From positions 258,540,001 through 258,604,000 of the forward strand of contig OZ024741.1 of NCBI GenBank assembly GCA_964016885.1: a stretch of 64,000 nt of DNA, read 5' to 3'. Positions 60,100-64,000 of this stretch are shown here, in pieces. This DNA comes from Eledone cirrhosa (Eukaryota). The position numbers and the translations under genes are program-made. Every line of letters begins with the position of its first letter. Within the stretch, counting starts at the first letter, position 1. The notes under the pieces were generated by a model. That model was not told where the DNA came from. It saw nothing but the letters and a program-made list of their open reading frames with translations, and made no database searches.

Positions 60100-63000
60100 T
60101 GTTGCTGTTTTCTCTGTCAGTGCCAGGTTTGTTGTAGTTGTTGCTGTTTTCTGTGTCAGTGCCAGTGTTGTTGTAGTTGTTGCTGTTTTCTCTGTCAGTG
60201 CCAGTGTTGTTGTTGCTGTTTTCTCTGTCAGTGCCAGTGTTGTAGTTGTTGATGTTTTCTCTGTCAGTGCCAGTGTTGTTGTTGTTACTGTTTTCTCTGT
60301 CAGTGTTGTTGTTGCTATTTTCACTGTCAGTGCCAGTGTTGTTGTTGTTGCTGTTTTCTGTGTCAGTGCCAGTGTTGTTGTTGTTGCTGTTTTCTGTGTC
60401 AGTGCCAGTGTTCTTGTTGTTACTGTTGCTGTTTTCTGTGTCAGTGCCAGTCTTGTTGTTGTTACTGTTGCTGTTTTCTGTGCCAGAGCCAGTGTTATTG
60501 TTGCTGCTGTTGCTGTTTTCTGTGTCAGTGCCACTGTTGTTATTGCTGTTGTTGCTGTTTTCTGTGTCAGTGCCAGTGTTGTTGTTGCTGTTGTTGCTGT
60601 TTTCTGTGTCAGTGCCAGTGTTGTTGTTGCTGTTGTTGCTGTTTTCCGTGCCAGTGTTGTTGTAGTTGTTGCTGTTTTCTGTGTCAGTGCCAGTGTTCTT
60701 GCTGTTGCTGTTTTCTGTGTCAGTGCCAGTGTTGTTGTTGTTACTGTTGCTGTTTTCTGTGTCAGTTCCAGTGTTGTTGTTGCTGTTGCTGTTTTCTGTG
60801 CCAGTGCCAGTGTTATTGTTGCTGTTGTTGCTGTTTTCTCTGTCAGTGCCAGTGTTGTTGTAGTTGTTGCTGTTTTCTCTGTCAGTGCCAGTGTTGTTGT
60901 AGTTGTTGCTGTTTTCTGTGTCAGTGCCAGTGTTGTTGTAGTTGTTGCTGTTTTCTCTGTCAGTGACAGTGTTGTTGTTGTTGCTGCTTTCTCTGTCAGT
61001 GTCAGTGTTGTAGTTGTTGCTGTTTTCTCTGTCAGTGCCAGTGTTGTTGTTGTTGTTGCTGTTTTCTGTGTCAGTGCCAGTGTTGTTGTTGTTGCTGTTT
61101 TCTGTGTCAGTGCCAGTGTTGTTGTTGTTGCTGTTTTCTCTGTCAGTGCCAGTGTTGTTGCTGTTGCTATTTTCACTGTCAGTGCCAGTGTTGTTGTTGC
61201 TGTTTTCTGTGTCAGTGCCAGTCTTGTTGTTGTTGCTGTTTTCTGTGTCAGTGCCAGTGTTGTTGTTGTTACTGTTGCTGTTTTCTGTGTCAGTTCCAGT
61301 GTTTCTGTTGCTGTTTTCAGTGCCAGTGTTATTGTTGCTGTTGTTGCTGTTTTCTGTGTCAGTGCCACGGTTGTTGTTCCTGTTGTTGCTGTTTTCTGTG
61401 TCAGTGCCAGTGTTGTTGTTGCTGTTGTTGCTGTTTTCTGTGTCAGTGCCAGTGTTGTTGTTGCTGTTGTTGCTGTTTTCCGTGCCAGTGTTGTTGTAGT
61501 TGTTGCTGTTTTCCGTGCCAGTGCCGGTGTTGTTGTTGTTGCTGTTTTCTCTGTCAGTGCCAGTGTTGTTGTTGTTGCTGTTTTCTGTGTCAGTGCCAGT
61601 GTTGTTGTTGTTGCTGTTTTCTCTGTCAGTGCCAGTGTTGTTGTTGTTGCTGTTTTCTGTGTCAGTGCCAGTGTTGTTGTTGTTGCTGTTTTCTGTGTCA
61701 GTGCCAGTGTTGTTGTTGTTGCTGTTTTCTCTGTCAGTGCCAGTGTTGTTGTAGTTGTTGCTGTTTTCTCTGTCAGTGCCAGTGTTGTTGTAGTTGTTGC
61801 TGTTTTCTGTGTCAGTGCCGGTGTTGTTGTTGTTGCTGTTTTCTCTGTCAGTGCCAGTGTTGTTGTTGTTGCTGTTTTCTCTGTCAGTGCCAGTGTTGTT
61901 GTTGCTGTATTCTGTGTCAGTGCCAGTGTTGTTGTTGTTGCTGTTTTCTGTGTCAGTGCCAGTGTTGTTGTAGTTGTTGCTGTTTTCTGTGTCAGTGCCA
62001 GTGTTGTTGTAGTTGTTGCTGTTTTCTGTGTCAGTGCCAGTGTTGTTGTAGTTGTTGCTGTTTTCTCTGTCAGTGCCAGTGTTGTTGTAGTTGTTGCTGT
62101 TTTCTGTGTCAGTGCCAGTGTTGTTGTAGTTGTTGCTGTTTTCTCTTTCAGTGCCAGTGTTGTTGTAGTTGTTGCTGTTTTCTCTGTCAGTGCCAGTGTT
62201 GTTGTAGTTGTTGCTGTTTTCTGTGTCAGTGCCAGTGTTGTTGTAGTTGTTGCTGTTTTCTGTGTCAGTGCCAGTGTTGTTGTTGTTGCTGTTTTCTCTG
62301 GCAGTGCCAGTGTTGTTGTTGCTGTTTTCTCTGTCAATGCCAGTGTTGTTGTAGTTGTTGCTGTTTTCTGTGTCAGTGCCAGTGTTGTTGTAGTTGTTGC
62401 TGTTTTCTCTGTCAGTGCCAGTGTTGTTGTAGTTGTTGCTGTTTTCTGTGTCAGTGCCAGTGTTGTTGTTGTTGTTGCTGTTTTCTCTGTCAGTGCCAGT
62501 GTTGTTGTAGTTGTTGCTGTTTTCTCTGTCAGTGCCAGTTTTGTTGTAGTTGTTGCTGTTTTCTGTGTCAGTGCCAGTGTTGTTGTAGTTGTTGCTGTTT
62601 TCTCTGTCAGTGCCAGTGTTGTTGTTGCTGTTTTCTCTGTCAGTGCCAGTGTTGTAGTTGTTGCTGTTTTCTCTGTCAGTGCCAGTGTTGTTGTTGTTGC
62701 TGTTTTCTCTGTCAGTGCCAGTGTTGTTGTTGTTTTCTCTGTCAGTGCCAGTGTTGTTGTTGTTGCTGTTTTCTGTGTCAGTGCCATTGTTATTGCTGTT
62801 GTTGCTGTTTTCTGAGTCAGTGCCAGTGTTGTTGTTGTAGTTGTTGCTGTTTTCTGTGTCAGTGCCAGTGTTGTTGTTGTTGCTGTTTTCTCTGTCAGTG
62901 CCAGTGTTGTTGTAGTTGTTGCTGTTTTCTCTGTCAGTGCCAGTGTTGTTGTAGTTGTTGCTGTTTTCTGTGTCAGTGCCGGTGTTGTTGTTTCTGTTTT

Positions 63001-64000
63001 CTCTGTCAGTGCCAGTGTTGTTGTTGTTGCTGTTTTCTGTGTCAGTGCCAGTGTTGTTGTTGTTGCTGTTTTCTGTGTCAGTGCCGGTGTTGTTGTTGTT
63101 GCTGTTTTCTGTGTCAGTGCCAGTGTCGTTGTTTTTGCTGTTTTCTGTGTCAGTGCCAGTGTTGTTGTTGCTGTTTTCTGTGTCAGTGCCAGTGTTGTTG
63201 TTGTTGCTGTTTTCTGTGTCAGTGCCAGTGTTGTTGTAGTTGTTGCTGTTTTCTGTGTCAGTGCCAGTGTTGTTGTAGTTGTTGCTGTTTTCTGTGTCAG
63301 TGCCAGTGTTGTTGTAGTTGTTGCTGTTTTCTCTGTCAGTGCCAGTGTTGTTGTAGTTGTTGCTGTTTTCTGTGTCAGTGCCAGTGCTGTTGTTGTTGCT
63401 GTTTTCTCTGTCAGTGCCAGGTTTGTTGTAGTTGTTGCTGTTTTCTGTGTCAGTGCCAGTGTTGTTGTAGTTGTTGCTGTTTTCTCTGTCAGTGCCAGTG
63501 TTGTTGTTGCTGTTTTCTCTGTCAGTGCCAGTGTTGTAGTTGTTGATGTTTTCTCTGTCAGTGCCAGTGTTGTTGTTGTTACTGTTTTCTCTGTCAGTGT
63601 TGTTGTTGCTATTTTCACTGTCAGTGCCAGTGTTGTTGTTGTTGCTGTTTTCTGTGTCAGTGCCAGTGTTGTTGTTGTTGCTGTTTTCTGTGTCAGTGCC
63701 AGTGTTCTTGTTGTTACTGTTGCTGTTTTCTGTGTCAGTGCCAGTCTTGTTGTTGTTACTGTTGCTGTTTTCTGTGCCAGAGCCAGTGTTATTGTTGCTG
63801 CTGTTGCTGTTTTCTGTGTCAGTGCCACTGTTGTTATTGCTGTTGTTGCTGTTTTCTGTGTCAGTGCCAGTGTTGTTGTTGCTGTTGTTGCTGTTTTCTG
63901 TGTCAGTGTCAGTGTTGTTGTTGCTGTTGTTGCTGTTTTCCGTGCCAGTGTTGTTGTAGTTGTTGCTGTTTTCTGTGTCAGTGCCAGTGTTCTTGCTGTT
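60100..64000 (+). repeat. Duplication with offset 3,294 bp (about 60100-60700 repeated at 63395-64000, truncated by the window end)
   Basis: GCCAGGTTT 60122/63416. ORFs 60246 and 63540 translate almost identically, and both blocks share the GTTCTTGTTGTTACT and GCTGCTGTT variants. Confidence 0.88.

Larger units (their letters stand above)
1..64000 (+). repeat. Tandem satellite/minisatellite array. Monomer mostly 33-42 bp, consensus GTCAGTGCCAGT(GTT)2GTA(GTT)2GCTGTTTTCT[C/G]T, head-to-tail, running off both window edges
   Basis: Seen directly: the core GCTGTTTTCT[C/G]TGTCAGTGCCAGT recurs about every 33-42 bp from base 1 to 64000, with no intervening unique DNA and no inversion. The 39-mer TCT consensus is 19 T, 11 G, 6 C, 3 A (44% GC, 77% G+T on +). 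Confidence 0.99.

Noticed and set aside
149-63959. Dozens of short Leu-rich ORFs (MLLFSVSVPVLLLL) that look like signal or membrane peptides, and Cys-rich CQCQCCC ORFs that look like metallothioneins
   Set aside because: These are repeat translations bounded by the TAG in GTAGTT or by frameshifts, with no independent evidence of being genes.
1-64000. CRISPR array (constant ~26-bp core alternating with variable segments)
   Set aside because: The variable parts are short (GTT)n tracts, not unique spacers, and there is no leader or cas gene.
1-64000. Antifreeze glycoprotein gene
   Set aside because: AFGPs are (Thr-Ala/Pro-Ala)n tripeptide polymers. The Thr-rich frame here has an 11-14 residue unit with Leu, Lys and Glu/Gln and no TAA-tripeptide periodicity.
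1-64000. Canonical telomerase-synthesised or G-quadruplex-forming repeat
   Set aside because: The consensus has no GG runs, and rare variants are inherited in kilobase blocks, which points to recombination or duplication rather than de novo templated addition.
1-64000. Whole window as a synthetic or assembly-generated low-complexity artefact
   Set aside because: Hierarchical shared variants with copy-specific substitutions look like real evolutionary history, although the copy number of the youngest duplications still needs read support.

Overview
The whole 64 kb window is one uninterrupted, single-orientation tandem array (satellite/minisatellite) with no unique sequence. The consensus monomer on the + strand is GTC AGT GCC AGT GTT GTT GTA GTT GTT GCT GTT TTC T(C/G)T (39 bp). 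Monomers are mostly 33, 36, 39 or 42 bp because the embedded (GTT)n tract varies, giving roughly 1,700 monomers (estimate from 64,000/~37). Diagnostic variant monomers reveal nested higher-order repeats: a near-perfect 7,272-bp tandem duplication, periods of 1,947, 1,752, 2,346, 3,294, ~3,337 and ~4,502 bp, and longer-range copies at ~13 kb and ~45 kb. The giant ORFs (Val-rich on +, Thr-rich or Asn-rich on -) follow from the triplet-phased monomer. Stop codons and two 2-bp deletions have been copied along with the duplications, so I call no CDS. The most unusual signal is that several variant monomers, including a CC>AA double substitution, convert the monomer's quasi-palindrome into a perfect one, suggesting template-switch mutagenesis. 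I found no genes, RNA genes, mobile elements or CRISPR arrays, and the sequence alone does not support a new multi-gene system. All comparisons were made by eye, and block boundaries are approximate.
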